A stretch of 64,000 bases of DNA from an uncultured Alphaproteobacteria bacterium (GTDB lineage Bacteria > Pseudomonadota > Alphaproteobacteria > Rhodobacterales > Rhodobacteraceae): the NCBI GenBank assembly GCA_902599445.1, contig CACKFK010000001.1, positions 15,136-79,135 on the forward strand, in the 5' to 3' direction. A program made the position numbers and the translations under genes. Shown here one piece after another: positions 52,208 through 62,899 of this stretch; position 1 is the first letter of the stretch, and each line of letters begins with the position of its first letter. The notes beneath the pieces are model-generated. The model saw only the letters and a program-made list of their open reading frames with translations, ran no database searches and had not been told where the DNA came from.

Positions 52208-52996
52208 ATGACTATGTTAATGAAAAATAAGTGTGGTTTAATTCTAGGCGTAGCTAATGAAAGATCTATTGCTTGGGGGATAACAAAAGTTTTGGCGGAA
52301 GCTGGAGCAGAGATAGCTTTAACTTATCAAAATGAAAATCTCTTGAAGAGAGTTGGTCCATTGGCAGAGACCATTAATTCAAAAATTTGTATGCCTGCAG
52401 ATGTTCAAGATAGTAAGAGTTTAGATAGGCTCTATAAGAAAATTACTCAAGAGTGGGGACGATTAGATTTTCTGGTTCATGCACTTGCTTATGCAGACAA
52501 ACAAGAATTGACTGGTAGATTTGTCAATTCAACGCGGGATAATTTTTTAAAATCTATGGATGTTTCTTGTTATAGCTTTGTAAATTTAGCGAGGAGATCG
52601 ATTCCTCTAATGGTTGATGGCGGATCTATTCTTACTGTAACCTATATGGGAGGGCAAAGAGTTACCCCAAACTACAATGTTATGGGTCCTGCTAAAGCCG
52701 CTCTCGAATCTAGTGTAAGGTATCTTGCTAATGACTTAGGCCCGGAAGGCATTAGAGTTAATGCGATAAGTCCTGGCCCTATGAAAACATTGGCAGGTGC
52801 CGCTATTGGAGGGGCAAGACAGGTGTTCAGGAGTACTGAGAAAAATGCGCCACTGAGGAGGAATGCTGGCCTAGATGCCGTTGGAAATGCTGCACTCTTC
52901 CTTCTGAGTGAAAATAGTTTGGCAACCACTGGTGAAATACTTTACGTAGACGGAGGGTATCACGTGATGGGATTACCTCAACTAGAGAACTTATAA
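52208..52996 (+). CDS. fabI: Enoyl-ACP reductase [NADH]
   Basis: KCGLILGVANERSIAWGI is the FabI N-terminal signature, with catalytic region YNVMGPAKAALES. The ATG at 52208 follows the fabB stop; the track ORF starts at 52196. Confidence 0.93.
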   Translation: MTMLMKNKCGLILGVANERSIAWGITKVLAEAGAEIALTYQNENLLKRVGPLAETINSKICMPADVQDSKSLDRLYKKITQEWGRLDFLVHALAYADKQELTGRFVNSTRDNFLKSMDVSCYSFVNLARRSIPLMVDGGSILTVTYMGGQRVTPNYNVMGPAKAALESSVRYLANDLGPEGIRVNAISPGPMKTLAGAAIGGARQVFRSTEKNAPLRRNAGLDAVGNAALFLLSENSLATTGEILYVDGGYHVMGLPQLENL

Positions 52997-53073
52997 GATT
53001 ACTTCCAGCTATCGTAGTTTGGTGGTTATAGTAGTTAGATATAAGTTTGTGTGGATTCATTGGAGTGAGCAAG

Positions 53074-53751
53074 GTGAAAAGGATAATAGTATTTGATGCG
53101 TATGGTACTTTGTTTGATGTAAATGCTGCAGCTAGAACTTACGCAAAAATGACGGATGATGATGATTTTCTTAGTACTTGGGAAAAACTATCATCCCTAT
53201 GGAGGGAAAAGCAAATCAGCTACACTTGGTATTATACAAGTATGGGGTATAAGACAAATTTTTGGAAAGTTACAGAGGATGCCTTAGATTATGCACTGGA
53301 ATATTACCGATTAGGTACTTCGACTAATTTGAGGGATGATCTCCTAAAACTTTATAGAGAACTAGATCTGTTCCCAGAAGTTCTCTCAGTTCTTAAACAG
53401 CTCCAAATAAAAGGATTTCGTTTGGCCATCCTTTCCAACGGAACTAATTATATGCTCAATAGTGCCGTAAAAAATGCCAAAATATCTGAATACATGACAG
53501 CAGTCCTATCAGCAGAAGATACAGGGTTTTTTAAGCCGCATGAAACGATTTATGCTAAGGTTTTAGAGTTTTTTTCTTGTGAACCTAATGAAGTAATTTT
53601 TGTTTCTTCTAACGGCTGGGATGCAGCTGGGGGATCAGCTTTTGGGTTTTCTACTTTATGGGTTAATAGAAATAGTTTACCTGAAGAAAAAATGTTGTGG
53701 CGCCCTACTTGGAGTGGAAATGATTTGAATGCTGTCTTGGCTTTACCATGA
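53074..53751 (+). CDS. Haloacid dehalogenase type II (HAD superfamily)
   Basis: IIVFDAYGTLFDV nucleophile motif, LSNG, and the fold pattern of L-2-haloacid dehalogenases. The GTG at 53074 is preferred; the track ORF starts at 53047. Confidence 0.8.
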   Translation: MKRIIVFDAYGTLFDVNAAARTYAKMTDDDDFLSTWEKLSSLWREKQISYTWYYTSMGYKTNFWKVTEDALDYALEYYRLGTSTNLRDDLLKLYRELDLFPEVLSVLKQLQIKGFRLAILSNGTNYMLNSAVKNAKISEYMTAVLSAEDTGFFKPHETIYAKVLEFFSCEPNEVIFVSSNGWDAAGGSAFGFSTLWVNRNSLPEEKMLWRPTWSGNDLNAVLALP

Positions 53752-53782
53752 TATTATCTCCAGTTAGTGTAAGGAAATAGCT

Positions 53783-54769
53783 TTGAGCGAGATTGAACTA
53801 ATAAAACTTGCAAAGAATAATTCGGTTAATAAGGTAGTTGAAACTCCTCTTTTGTCCAACGAGAAAATCAATCAAATTATAGGAAAGAATGTCCTAATTA
53901 AGGCAGAATGTTTGCAAGTCACAGGTAGTTTCAAATTTAGAGGAGCCTGGTCGGCCTTATCCTATCTAAAAAGCAAAAATAAAATTCTTGATGGAGTAGT
54001 TGCATACTCCTCTGGAAATCATGCCCAAGGGATAGCAGCGGCAGCAAAGGCACATAAGATTCCTGCGATAATCGTTATGCCTAGAGATGCCCCTAGCATG
54101 AAAATTGAAAACACTCTTGATTATGGTGCGGAGATCTTTTTTTATGACCGAATGAAGGAAGTTCGGGAAGATATAGGTGAAAGAATTGCAAAGGAAAAAA
54201 ATTTACAATTAATCCGGCCTTACGATGATCCATTAGTGATAGCAGGTCAGGGCACTTGTGGTCTGGAAATAGCTGCTCAAGCGAAAGCCCTAGGTATTAA
54301 AGAGGCGGAAGTTCTGGTGTGCTGCGGTGGAGGCGGTCTTTCTGCTGGTATTGCATTGGCCTTGGAAGAATTTGCCCCATCATTTTATGTAAGGACCTGC
54401 GAACCCAAATTCTTTGATGATACTGCGAGGTCACTAAGGTCTGGGAAAAGGGAAAAAAACTCTAAATTAGTGCAATCGATTTGTGACGCTATACTTACCC
54501 CAACTCCTGGTGAAGTGACATTTCCAATTCTCAAAAGACTTGCTGGACATGGACTTGTGGCCAGCGATGATCAGGTTTTGCGTGCTATGAAATGTCTGTA
54601 TGAAAATTTTAAGTTGGTCGCTGAACCAGGAGGTGCCGTAGCTTTAGCAGCAGCATTATTTTCTTCTCAAAGATTGGAGAAAGAAAATATAATTGTTGTC
54701 GTTAGTGGTGGTAATGTTGATAGTAATATATTTGCTCAAGCATTATCTAAAAAGTCTATTACCAGATAG
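53783..54769 (+). CDS. PLP-dependent threonine/serine dehydratase-family enzyme (threonine ammonia-lyase or hydroxyaspartate dehydratase-like)
   Basis: 328 aa with the PLP-lysine motif GSFKFRGA, SSGNHAQG and the glycine loop CCGGGGLSAG. There is no C-terminal ACT regulatory domain. Confidence 0.8.
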   Translation: MSEIELIKLAKNNSVNKVVETPLLSNEKINQIIGKNVLIKAECLQVTGSFKFRGAWSALSYLKSKNKILDGVVAYSSGNHAQGIAAAAKAHKIPAIIVMPRDAPSMKIENTLDYGAEIFFYDRMKEVREDIGERIAKEKNLQLIRPYDDPLVIAGQGTCGLEIAAQAKALGIKEAEVLVCCGGGGLSAGIALALEEFAPSFYVRTCEPKFFDDTARSLRSGKREKNSKLVQSICDAILTPTPGEVTFPILKRLAGHGLVASDDQVLRAMKCLYENFKLVAEPGGAVALAAALFSSQRLEKENIIVVVSGGNVDSNIFAQALSKKSITR

Positions 54770-54777
54770 TTTCCCAA

Positions 54778-57264
54778 TCATTTATCCAATATCTTCATAT
54801 TTTTGGTATCATACGGACTGTCTTCAGTGATAATAGCCGGCCACAATTTATTTAGGATTTTTACTTCAACATTTTGCCCAACTTTGCAGAACTCTTTCTC
54901 CAAATAGCCCATAGCAATAGATTTATTATAAGCTGTCGAATATCCGCCAGACGTTAACCGGCCAATTTTTTTACCATCCTTAAAGACAGCTTCCCTTCCC
55001 CAAGGATCACAGTCATCAGGACCTTCAACAAGCATCGTCACACAGCCCACTGCTATAGTCCTTGTTGCTAGTGCTTCTTTTCCAAGAAAATCTTTTTCCA
55101 TATACATAAACCTAGAAAGTCCTGCTTCAATTAGAGAAGCATCTCGTCCCAATTCATTACCAAATGCCCGATAACTTTTTTCTTGGCGTAACCAGTTTTG
55201 TGCTCTTGCCCCAACCAGCTTAAGATTAAATTCTTGCCCTGCGGCCAAAAGTAATTCAAAGAGCCTATTTTGAAATTCTACTGGATGATGTAACTCCCAG
55301 CCTAATTCCCCAGTATATGCCACCCTGATCGCTAGCGTTGGGATCATATCCAGTTCTATATCCTTACAAGAAAGCCATGGGAAATTCTCGTTTGAAAATT
55401 GATTTTCTGGTTCTAAAGCTGTTACAATCTTTTGAAGTAACTCCCTCGATTTTGGTCCCGCTATGGCAAATGCTCCAAACTGGCTAGTAACGTCGTGAAT
55501 TTCTATATAACCAAATTCTTCATACTTGTCCTGAGCATTTTTAACTAAATAATCTTGATCATAGGTAGTAAGGGCTCCCGCAGAAATCAGATAATATTCG
55601 TCAGTATCTTTTCGAACTATTGTATATTCAGATCTCACAGTTCCAGTAGACGTAAGTGCATAGGTCAAATTTATTTTATTCACTCTTGGTAGCTTATTAC
55701 ATGTAAACCAATCTAGAAACTGGGTTGCACCGGGACCTTTTATGATATGTTTGGTAAATGCAGAAATATCAATTAAGCCTACATTTTGTCTTATGGCTAC
55801 CGCCTCAGATTTTGCATATTTCCACCATTCTCCGCGCCGAAAGCTCCTTGCCTCTTCATCATTAAACTTATCTTCAGCAAAGTAATTAGGTCTTTCCCAT
55901 CCGTTAACTTGACCAAATTGGGCACCAAGTTCTTTGAGTTTTTCATAACTCGGATAAGTTCTCAATGGGCGGCAAGCTGGTCGTTCTTCATCAGGGTGAT
56001 GCAGAATATAGACATGTTCATAGCATTCTTCATTTTTCTCAGCTGTATATCCTGTTGTAATCCATGGTCCATAGCGTTTGGGATCTAAGCTAGTCATATC
56101 AATCTCAGCTTCACCATTGACCATCATTTGTGCCAAGTAATATCCTGCTCCGCCAGCTGCGGTTATCCCAAAAGAAAATCCTTCAGCCAGCCATAAGTTT
56201 CTTAGCCCATATGCTGGTCCCAATAGTGGATTCCCATCTGGAGTATAACAAATAGGCCCATTAAAATCGTCCTTTATTCCTAGTGTCTCACTAGTTGGAA
56301 TACGTTTTATGAAAGATAGGTATTCATTTTCTATTCTCTCTAAGTCAAGTGGAAATAGATCTGCTCTAAATCCTTTTGGTACTTCATATTTAAATCTTGC
56401 AGGGGCATTTTGTTCATAAGGACCCAAAATCCATCCACCCCTTTCTTCTCTCACATACCATTTTGCATCTGCATCCCGTAAAACAGGATGTTCATTATTA
56501 TTTTTTCTATATTCAAGCAACGCAGGGTCTACTTCCGTAACTATATATTGGTGTTCCACAGGAATAGCTGCTATTTTTTGGTTTAGAAGTTTTGCTGTAT
56601 TTTGAACATGGTTCCCAGTGGCAGTTACAACGTGTTCAGCAAAAAAATCAATTGTTTCTTCCGATGGTATGAGGTTACCACCTTTTTCAATCATTCTAGA
56701 ACATGAAACAACCCACTCTTTACCATTCCAGGTATAGGAATTAGCCTGCATTTTCCTTTCGATCCTAACATCATTTTCTCGCGCACTTTTTGCAATTGCT
56801 TGTGTAAGGTCAGCTGGATTTATATAACCATCTGTAGGATGTAAAATGGCCCCTCTTAGGTCTTCCGTATATACTAGCGGCCACTGCTCTTTTATTTCCG
56901 CTGGAGTTTTCCATTCGTAGGGAATTTCTACTGTGTCAGCAGTGGAACTATAGAGCATGAATTCATCCATCCGCTCTTTCGTTTGGGCCATTCGTAGGTT
57001 CCCAACTACTTTAAATCCAATATCTAAACCACTTTCTTTTTCTAAACGCTTATAAAATTTAATCGAGTAATCATGAATGTGGGTTGTGGCATAGGACATA
57101 TTAAAAAGAGGCAATAGACCTGCAGCATGCCATGTTGAGCCTGCAGTCAATTCGTCTCTTTCTATTAACACTATGTCATCCCACCCTGCTTTTTTGAGAT
57201 GATATGCTATGCTTGTTCCAACAACTCCACCACCTACAACAAGTGCTTTAACATTCACTCTCAT
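54778..57264 (-). CDS. Dimethylglycine/sarcosine dehydrogenase-like FAD oxidoreductase fused to a GcvT aminomethyltransferase domain
   Basis: About 828 aa from the ATG at 57264 (MRVNVKALVVGGGVVGTS, a DAO FAD-binding motif). The C-terminal half has GcvT-like folate-binding domain features. The track ORF starts 5 codons earlier. Confidence 0.85.
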   Translation of the reverse strand: MRVNVKALVVGGGVVGTSIAYHLKKAGWDDIVLIERDELTAGSTWHAAGLLPLFNMSYATTHIHDYSIKFYKRLEKESGLDIGFKVVGNLRMAQTKERMDEFMLYSSTADTVEIPYEWKTPAEIKEQWPLVYTEDLRGAILHPTDGYINPADLTQAIAKSARENDVRIERKMQANSYTWNGKEWVVSCSRMIEKGGNLIPSEETIDFFAEHVVTATGNHVQNTAKLLNQKIAAIPVEHQYIVTEVDPALLEYRKNNNEHPVLRDADAKWYVREERGGWILGPYEQNAPARFKYEVPKGFRADLFPLDLERIENEYLSFIKRIPTSETLGIKDDFNGPICYTPDGNPLLGPAYGLRNLWLAEGFSFGITAAGGAGYYLAQMMVNGEAEIDMTSLDPKRYGPWITTGYTAEKNEECYEHVYILHHPDEERPACRPLRTYPSYEKLKELGAQFGQVNGWERPNYFAEDKFNDEEARSFRRGEWWKYAKSEAVAIRQNVGLIDISAFTKHIIKGPGATQFLDWFTCNKLPRVNKINLTYALTSTGTVRSEYTIVRKDTDEYYLISAGALTTYDQDYLVKNAQDKYEEFGYIEIHDVTSQFGAFAIAGPKSRELLQKIVTALEPENQFSNENFPWLSCKDIELDMIPTLAIRVAYTGELGWELHHPVEFQNRLFELLLAAGQEFNLKLVGARAQNWLRQEKSYRAFGNELGRDASLIEAGLSRFMYMEKDFLGKEALATRTIAVGCVTMLVEGPDDCDPWGREAVFKDGKKIGRLTSGGYSTAYNKSIAMGYLEKEFCKVGQNVEVKILNKLWPAIITEDSPYDTKNMKILDK

Positions 57265-57484
57265 AAAATGCACTCCCATGGTTGTCTAAAACAAGTTCTA
57301 CTATTATGGATAACAAAGGATTGTAACAAGAACAATAGTTGTTCAAAGATTGATAGATTCTACGTTTTTTATATTTCACTTCATATTTTCAATAGGTACG
57401 TGTATTAGTTAAATGTTTCTCATGATAATGTGAGTTTATGGGAAGTATTCTCTAATTAGATAGAACAAATATTTCAAAAAAGTT

Positions 57485-58819
57485 ATGAAGATGGGTAAAA
57501 AAATAGAAAAAATTTTTGTCAAGACATATGGTTGTCAGATGAATGTATTTGATTCTGAAAGGATTGAAGACTCACTAAGTAATTTTGGAATAAGAAAGGT
57601 GAAAGAACCTCAATGGTCTGATTTAATACTTCTTAATACTTGTCACATAAGAGAGAAAGCAGCAGAGAAGGTATATTCAGAATTAGGTCGTTTTAAGAAA
57701 ATTAAGAGAGAAAACCCAGGAATAAAAATTGGTGTCATAGGTTGTGTAGCTCAAGCTGAAGGGCAGGAGATAATGCAGCGATCTAAAATTGTCGATATGG
57801 TCCTTGGTCCTCAAGTTTATCATAGATTACCAGATATTATTCAAAAAATTCAAAATGGAGAACGTGTAGTAGACACAGAGTTTCCACTTGAGGATAAATT
57901 TGAAAAACTACCACAAAGTAAGCAGGTTAACAGACCATCTACGTCTTTTCTTACTGTACAAGAAGGATGCGACAAATTCTGTTCTTTTTGTGTTGTTCCC
58001 TACACCAGGGGAGCTGAAACTTCTCGGTCACCAGAAGTAATCGTTCGAGAAGCAATGGAATTGGTGGAATCAGGGGTGAGAGAACTCACTCTTCTGGGAC
58101 AAAATGTTAATGCATACCAAGCTCAAAGAAAATCTGGAGAACTTTTAGACTTGGCGGGGCTCATTGAGGAAATTTGTGTTATTGAAGATTTAAAGAGACT
58201 TAGGTTTGTTACTTCCCATCCAAAAGACATGACGGATGATCTTATTTTATTATTTGGTAAAGAAAAAAAACTTATGCCTTATCTACATCTTCCCATTCAA
58301 TCTGGTAGTGATAGTGTCTTAAAGAAAATGAATAGGGGCCATACAGTAAAATCTTATATTGAGACCATCGAAAAACTCAGGTATTTAAGACCTGATATAG
58401 CAATCTCTGGTGACTTCATTGTGGGATTCCCAGGTGAAACTGAAGAAGATTTTTCTTTGACTTTGGATCTTTGTGACCGCATAAAGTATGCCCAGGCGTA
58501 TAGTTTTAAATATTCTCCTCGAGCAGGAACGCCTGCTTATGAAAGAGATGATTTACCGGAAGGAGTGAAGACAAAAAGGCTAACAAAATTACAGGAAAAA
58601 CTCAAAATTCATCAGAAAGAATTCCAGAGAAATTTAGTGGAAACTGTCCAAGAAGTACTCATAGAGAAATGTGGAAAATTCAGCGACCAGTACATAGGTA
58701 GATCTCCATATATGAATCCGGTAGTAGTAGCTTCGCCGAGGAACATAATAGGGAAAATAATAAAAATAAAGATCTTGAGTTCTAATGGACTTACTTTGTC
58801 TGGAGAAACTATCGGGTAA
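57485..58819 (+). CDS. miaB: tRNA-2-methylthio-N6-dimethylallyladenosine synthase
   Basis: 444 aa with an N-terminal UPF0004 domain (KTYGCQMNVFDSE), the radical-SAM motif CDKFCSFCVVP and a C-terminal TRAM domain. Confidence 0.94.
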   Translation: MKMGKKIEKIFVKTYGCQMNVFDSERIEDSLSNFGIRKVKEPQWSDLILLNTCHIREKAAEKVYSELGRFKKIKRENPGIKIGVIGCVAQAEGQEIMQRSKIVDMVLGPQVYHRLPDIIQKIQNGERVVDTEFPLEDKFEKLPQSKQVNRPSTSFLTVQEGCDKFCSFCVVPYTRGAETSRSPEVIVREAMELVESGVRELTLLGQNVNAYQAQRKSGELLDLAGLIEEICVIEDLKRLRFVTSHPKDMTDDLILLFGKEKKLMPYLHLPIQSGSDSVLKKMNRGHTVKSYIETIEKLRYLRPDIAISGDFIVGFPGETEEDFSLTLDLCDRIKYAQAYSFKYSPRAGTPAYERDDLPEGVKTKRLTKLQEKLKIHQKEFQRNLVETVQEVLIEKCGKFSDQYIGRSPYMNPVVVASPRNIIGKIIKIKILSSNGLTLSGETIG

Positions 58820-58919
58820 GTACAATATGATTATTTTTATTTAATTATTCTTCTTGCACAATAGTTCATTTAAGGTTTAGTTAAAGTTAGTCACCAATCA
58901 AAGGTAGATTTAGGTAAAA

Positions 58920-59933
58920 TTGTCCAAAGTTGATATATTACAAAGTCAGTCTTTATATTTAGAAACACCCTCCGAAGTAGAATTCCCAAATAATAGTGTT
59001 TTGGCTGAATTATGTGGTGCTGGAGACATAAATCTACAGAAGTTGGAATATAAGCTATCAATACAAATCAGTAGAAGAGGGAATATATTAAGTTTTTCTG
59101 GTGATAGAAAAGCAAGAGAGAATACGGCAATTATTCTTAACAAGATTTACAATCATTTGGAAGAAGGTCGTTCATTAGATCTTATTGACCTAGATTCTCT
59201 GGTTGAAGCGACGTTAAAGAGAAATTCGACGAAATGGAAAATACCAGTCAATAAAGAAAAATTTAGAGAATCGGGGTTAGACAATCTTTCCGTTAAGACA
59301 AAGAAAAAAATCGTAGAGCCACGCAACATTAACCAGAAAGATTTTATTCTCAATCTTCTAAATTATGATTTGGCATTTGGAATTGGGCCCGCTGGCACGG
59401 GGAAAACTTATATTTCAATAGCCTTAGCAGTTTCTATGTTCTTAAAGGGACAAGTTGATCGGATTGTCTTGACTCGACCGGCAGTTGAAGCTGGTGAGAG
59501 GCTAGGTTTCTTACCTGGAGATATCAAAGAGAAAATTGATCCATACATGCAACCACTCTATGATGCGCTTGAAGATTTCTTACCAAATCGGCAAATTTCT
59601 AAAATGATAGAGGACAAGAAAATTGAAATATTACCATTGGCTTTTATGCGTGGTAGAACATTGTCTGATTCATTCTTAATTTTAGATGAGGGTCAAAACG
59701 CTACTTCAAACCAAATGAAGATGTTTCTCACCAGACTCGGTAAGAATTCTAAGACGGTAGTGACTGGTGATTTGACCCAGATTGACCTTCCTAAAGGTGT
59801 ACCAAGCGGTTTGACAGAGGCCGTCTCCATTTTAAAGGAGATAAAGGAGATTGGTTTCACCCAATTTACGGCTAGAGATGTTGTTAGGCACAAACTTGTT
59901 GAAAAGATAATAACAGCATACGATAAAACCTAA
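58920..59933 (+). CDS. phoH: PhoH-family ATPase (YbeZ-like)
   Basis: 337 aa with Walker A GPAGTGKTY and LDEGQN. It sits in the conserved miaB-phoH-ybeY-corC-lnt order. TTG start. Confidence 0.9.
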   Translation: MSKVDILQSQSLYLETPSEVEFPNNSVLAELCGAGDINLQKLEYKLSIQISRRGNILSFSGDRKARENTAIILNKIYNHLEEGRSLDLIDLDSLVEATLKRNSTKWKIPVNKEKFRESGLDNLSVKTKKKIVEPRNINQKDFILNLLNYDLAFGIGPAGTGKTYISIALAVSMFLKGQVDRIVLTRPAVEAGERLGFLPGDIKEKIDPYMQPLYDALEDFLPNRQISKMIEDKKIEILPLAFMRGRTLSDSFLILDEGQNATSNQMKMFLTRLGKNSKTVVTGDLTQIDLPKGVPSGLTEAVSILKEIKEIGFTQFTARDVVRHKLVEKIITAYDKT

Positions 59934-59956
59934 AATGTTATTGCTTAAGTAGTTTA

Positions 59957-60478
59957 ATGGGAATCAAGATCAACATCAATTTTGATGATAAAAGGTGGTT
60001 AACTATAAATTTTAAAGCTATGGCCAGAAAAGCTTTTGAGACTACTCTTACGTCTTTATCATGGCCAGAACTTTTAGTAAGAACAGAAATATCTGTTTTG
60101 GCATGTAATGACCGTGCAATAAGGAAATTGAATTGTAAGTTTAGAGGAATAGATGCTGTTACCGATATCCTAAGCTGGCCAAAAAATAATCAATTGGAAG
60201 AACAAGTGAATAGGTTTTACAAATGTAATAGATGGGACGATGATTTCAAAAATGAGTTCGGCGACTTAGGAGATATAGCAATATCATATGAGACATGTAT
60301 CAAACAATCTAAAGAACTAGGTGTCAGGCTAGAAAATCATGTGGTTCACTTGCTTGTACATGCTTGTTTACATTTACTAGGTTTTACCCATCAAGAAAAT
60401 AGTGATTTCCAAACAATGAAAGAATTAGAAATTAAGTGTTTAAAGGCTTGTGGTATTGAAAATCCTTACGCCTTGTAA
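59957..60478 (+). CDS. ybeY: rRNA maturation endoribonuclease YbeY
   Basis: 173 aa with the zinc-binding motif HLLVHACLHLLGFTH. Confidence 0.92.
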   Translation: MGIKININFDDKRWLTINFKAMARKAFETTLTSLSWPELLVRTEISVLACNDRAIRKLNCKFRGIDAVTDILSWPKNNQLEEQVNRFYKCNRWDDDFKNEFGDLGDIAISYETCIKQSKELGVRLENHVVHLLVHACLHLLGFTHQENSDFQTMKELEIKCLKACGIENPYAL

Positions 60479-60542
60479 TTGGAAAGACCCCAGTAATATT
60501 ATTAATGTAAAGAAACTAACTAATTTAGGATATAGTATTTAA

Positions 60543-61361
60543 ATGCAGAATTTGGATAAGAAAAAGAAAAGAATTCCTTTTTGGAAAAATATTTTCGGTG
60601 CAGATGAGAGCGTTACTTCTCCAGAGAGCGTGGTAGGGAACCTACCAAATTTGAGTGATCTGAGGGTAGATGATATAGCCGTTCCGAAGGCTGATATTAT
60701 AGCCGCATCAGAAGAGTCTTCCGCTAAAGAAATATCTGAAATATTTAGGAAGTTTAGATTGTCTAGAATTCCAATTTTTAAGGAAACCTTAGATAACCCG
60801 TTAGGTTTTCTGCATTTGAAGGACTTTGCCCTCGGTGATGGATTTAGTCAGGACAATAACTTTGAGATAAAATCTAAAGTCAGACCATTGATTTTTATTC
60901 CGCCATCAATGAATTTAGGTACCCTTTTGCAAAAAATGCAGGCTGAAAGAATACACTTGGCATTGGTAATTGATGAATATGGAGGGGTTGAAGGGTTAGT
61001 TACTATCGAAGATTTATTAGAGGAGATTGTTGGTGAAATAATTGATGAGCACGATGAAGATGAAGATCAACTTTGGACCGAAGAAAAACCCAATCTTTTT
61101 TCTGTTAATGCGAGATTAGAATTGGATATGTTTAAAAATCAAACTGGTGTTAATCTTCGATATGACTCAGAACAAGACGAAGAATATGAAACAATAGGTG
61201 GTCTTGTTAACTCTTTGACTAATCGGATTCCCGTAAGAGGGGAGATAATCAAAGACCAGATGGGGAATGAGTTTAGTATTGTGGAGGCAGATGCTAGAAG
61301 AATAAAAAGGTTAAGATTGCAGTTATCTAAGAATTTTGTAAGAGAAAATGTGGATAGTTAA
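60543..61361 (+). CDS. CBS-pair / CorC_HlyC domain protein (CorC/TlyC-like)
   Basis: 272 aa with tandem CBS motifs followed by a CorC_HlyC-type C-terminal domain. It holds the conserved position after ybeY. Confidence 0.85.
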   Translation: MQNLDKKKKRIPFWKNIFGADESVTSPESVVGNLPNLSDLRVDDIAVPKADIIAASEESSAKEISEIFRKFRLSRIPIFKETLDNPLGFLHLKDFALGDGFSQDNNFEIKSKVRPLIFIPPSMNLGTLLQKMQAERIHLALVIDEYGGVEGLVTIEDLLEEIVGEIIDEHDEDEDQLWTEEKPNLFSVNARLELDMFKNQTGVNLRYDSEQDEEYETIGGLVNSLTNRIPVRGEIIKDQMGNEFSIVEADARRIKRLRLQLSKNFVRENVDS

Positions 61362-62877
61362 TAGACCTAATTTTTCACTATTACTCAAAACTGATTATCT
61401 TATTTTTTCTATCGGTGGAGCCCTATTATCTGCAGCCCATCCCCCATTATCAATACCGTATGTCACAGTATTGGTTTTGGCGAGTATTGGTCAATATTGG
61501 CATAGAAAGAAACCTAATCACGGTGAATCTTTTATTTGTGGGTGGTTGTTTGGATTGGGATATTTCTCTTTTTCTCTTATTTGGATTATTGAACCATTCT
61601 TAGTCAAACCTCACGAGACAGCAATATTTGCACCCTTCGCACTAATTTTGTTAACAGCAAGCTTATCACTTTTTTGGGGTTTAGCATTTTGGGGTGCAAG
61701 TCTAAAAAATGATTATGGATCTAAGTTCTGGTCACTAGTACAACTGGCCGCATTTTTATCTTTGGCGGAGTTGTTACGTTCTTTCATTTTCTCAGGATTT
61801 CCCTGGGTCATTTTAGGTATAGCTTTTGTTGATACGTCTTTAGGCCAGAGTTTATCCCTTTTTGGGCCATATTGGTTAACCTCATTAATTATTTTTTTTA
61901 GCTTTATAAGCTTAAGTGGATTTAGGGGTGTATTAATCTCGTTGATAGGTTTTATGGCGCTATTTTTTTATGGAGAAAGTAGATTTAAAGAGATTGAAAA
62001 CTTAGAACCAGCTGTGAAAGTTAGAGTTGTTCAACCAAATATTGATCAGAGACTTAAGTGGAAGCCCGAATTATCAGCTTTACACCTAGAAAAGTTATTT
62101 GACCTGAGCACAAATAATCTGGAGTCAGTAGATTTAGTCATTTGGCCAGAAACAGCGATACAACTTTTCCTAGAGAATCAAGAGGATTTTTCTCACCAAG
62201 TATCAGAAGAAATTGGCAAACCAATTATTTTGGGTGCTAGGAAATATGTGAGGGAAAGGCATGAATTGTTTAATTCAGCCTATGTTTTGGATCATTTGGG
62301 GCAAATTCGAAATAGTTACGACAAAAAACATTTGGTACCATTTGGTGAATATGTACCTTTTTCCTCTCTAATGAGCAAAATAGGTGTCAAAATGTTTACA
62401 AGCAATGGTATATCAGGATTTACTGTTGGGCAGCGTCAGAGTCAAATGCGAGCCGGCGGGAAAATACCACCATTCACCATAATGATATGTTATGAGTCAA
62501 TTTTCTCTTATGAAGTAGATGAGAGTACATTAGGGGTGGACTGGCTCATACATTTGACAAATGATGCTTGGTTCGGATCCTATAATGGTCCCCAGCAGCA
62601 CCTTATGCATTCTCAGGCTCGAGCAATTGAACAAGGTTTACCACTAATTCGATCCGCTAATACTGGAATTTCTGTCTCAATTGATCCATATGGACGAATT
62701 ATACGACGGTTAGATCTTAATGTTGAAGGACATTTTGATGCAAACCTTTCCAAAAAATTAGACTTCACTATTTATTCAATGTGGGGGGCAAAAAACTGGA
62801 ATGGTCTCTTATTTTCTTTAATTGTGCTCACTATTTTTTTGTGCTTAAAGAAAACTAGAAGTAACGTTAATATCTAG
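61348..62877 (+). CDS. lnt: Apolipoprotein N-acyltransferase
   Basis: 509 aa with an N-terminal polytopic region and a C-terminal nitrilase-fold domain (VVQPNI, IWPETA, ICYESIF). It overlaps corC by 14 nt. Confidence 0.92.
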   Translation: MWIVNRPNFSLLLKTDYLIFSIGGALLSAAHPPLSIPYVTVLVLASIGQYWHRKKPNHGESFICGWLFGLGYFSFSLIWIIEPFLVKPHETAIFAPFALILLTASLSLFWGLAFWGASLKNDYGSKFWSLVQLAAFLSLAELLRSFIFSGFPWVILGIAFVDTSLGQSLSLFGPYWLTSLIIFFSFISLSGFRGVLISLIGFMALFFYGESRFKEIENLEPAVKVRVVQPNIDQRLKWKPELSALHLEKLFDLSTNNLESVDLVIWPETAIQLFLENQEDFSHQVSEEIGKPIILGARKYVRERHELFNSAYVLDHLGQIRNSYDKKHLVPFGEYVPFSSLMSKIGVKMFTSNGISGFTVGQRQSQMRAGGKIPPFTIMICYESIFSYEVDESTLGVDWLIHLTNDAWFGSYNGPQQHLMHSQARAIEQGLPLIRSANTGISVSIDPYGRIIRRLDLNVEGHFDANLSKKLDFTIYSMWGAKNWNGLLFSLIVLTIFLCLKKTRSNVNI

Positions 62878-62899
62878 ACGAGTTCAGGAGTTTTTTTGC

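Noticed and set aside
57330-57344. The perfect 6-3-6 inverted repeat GAACAA-TAG-TTGTTC and the 10-bp palindrome TCTAATTAGA (57451..57460), both in the DMGDH-miaB divergent spacer.
   Set aside because: Perfect palindromes of this size are expected tens of times by chance in 64 kb of AT-rich DNA. There is no second copy and no match to a known operator. GAAC-N7-GTTC is an inverted repeat, not the direct repeat of the alphaproteobacterial LexA box.
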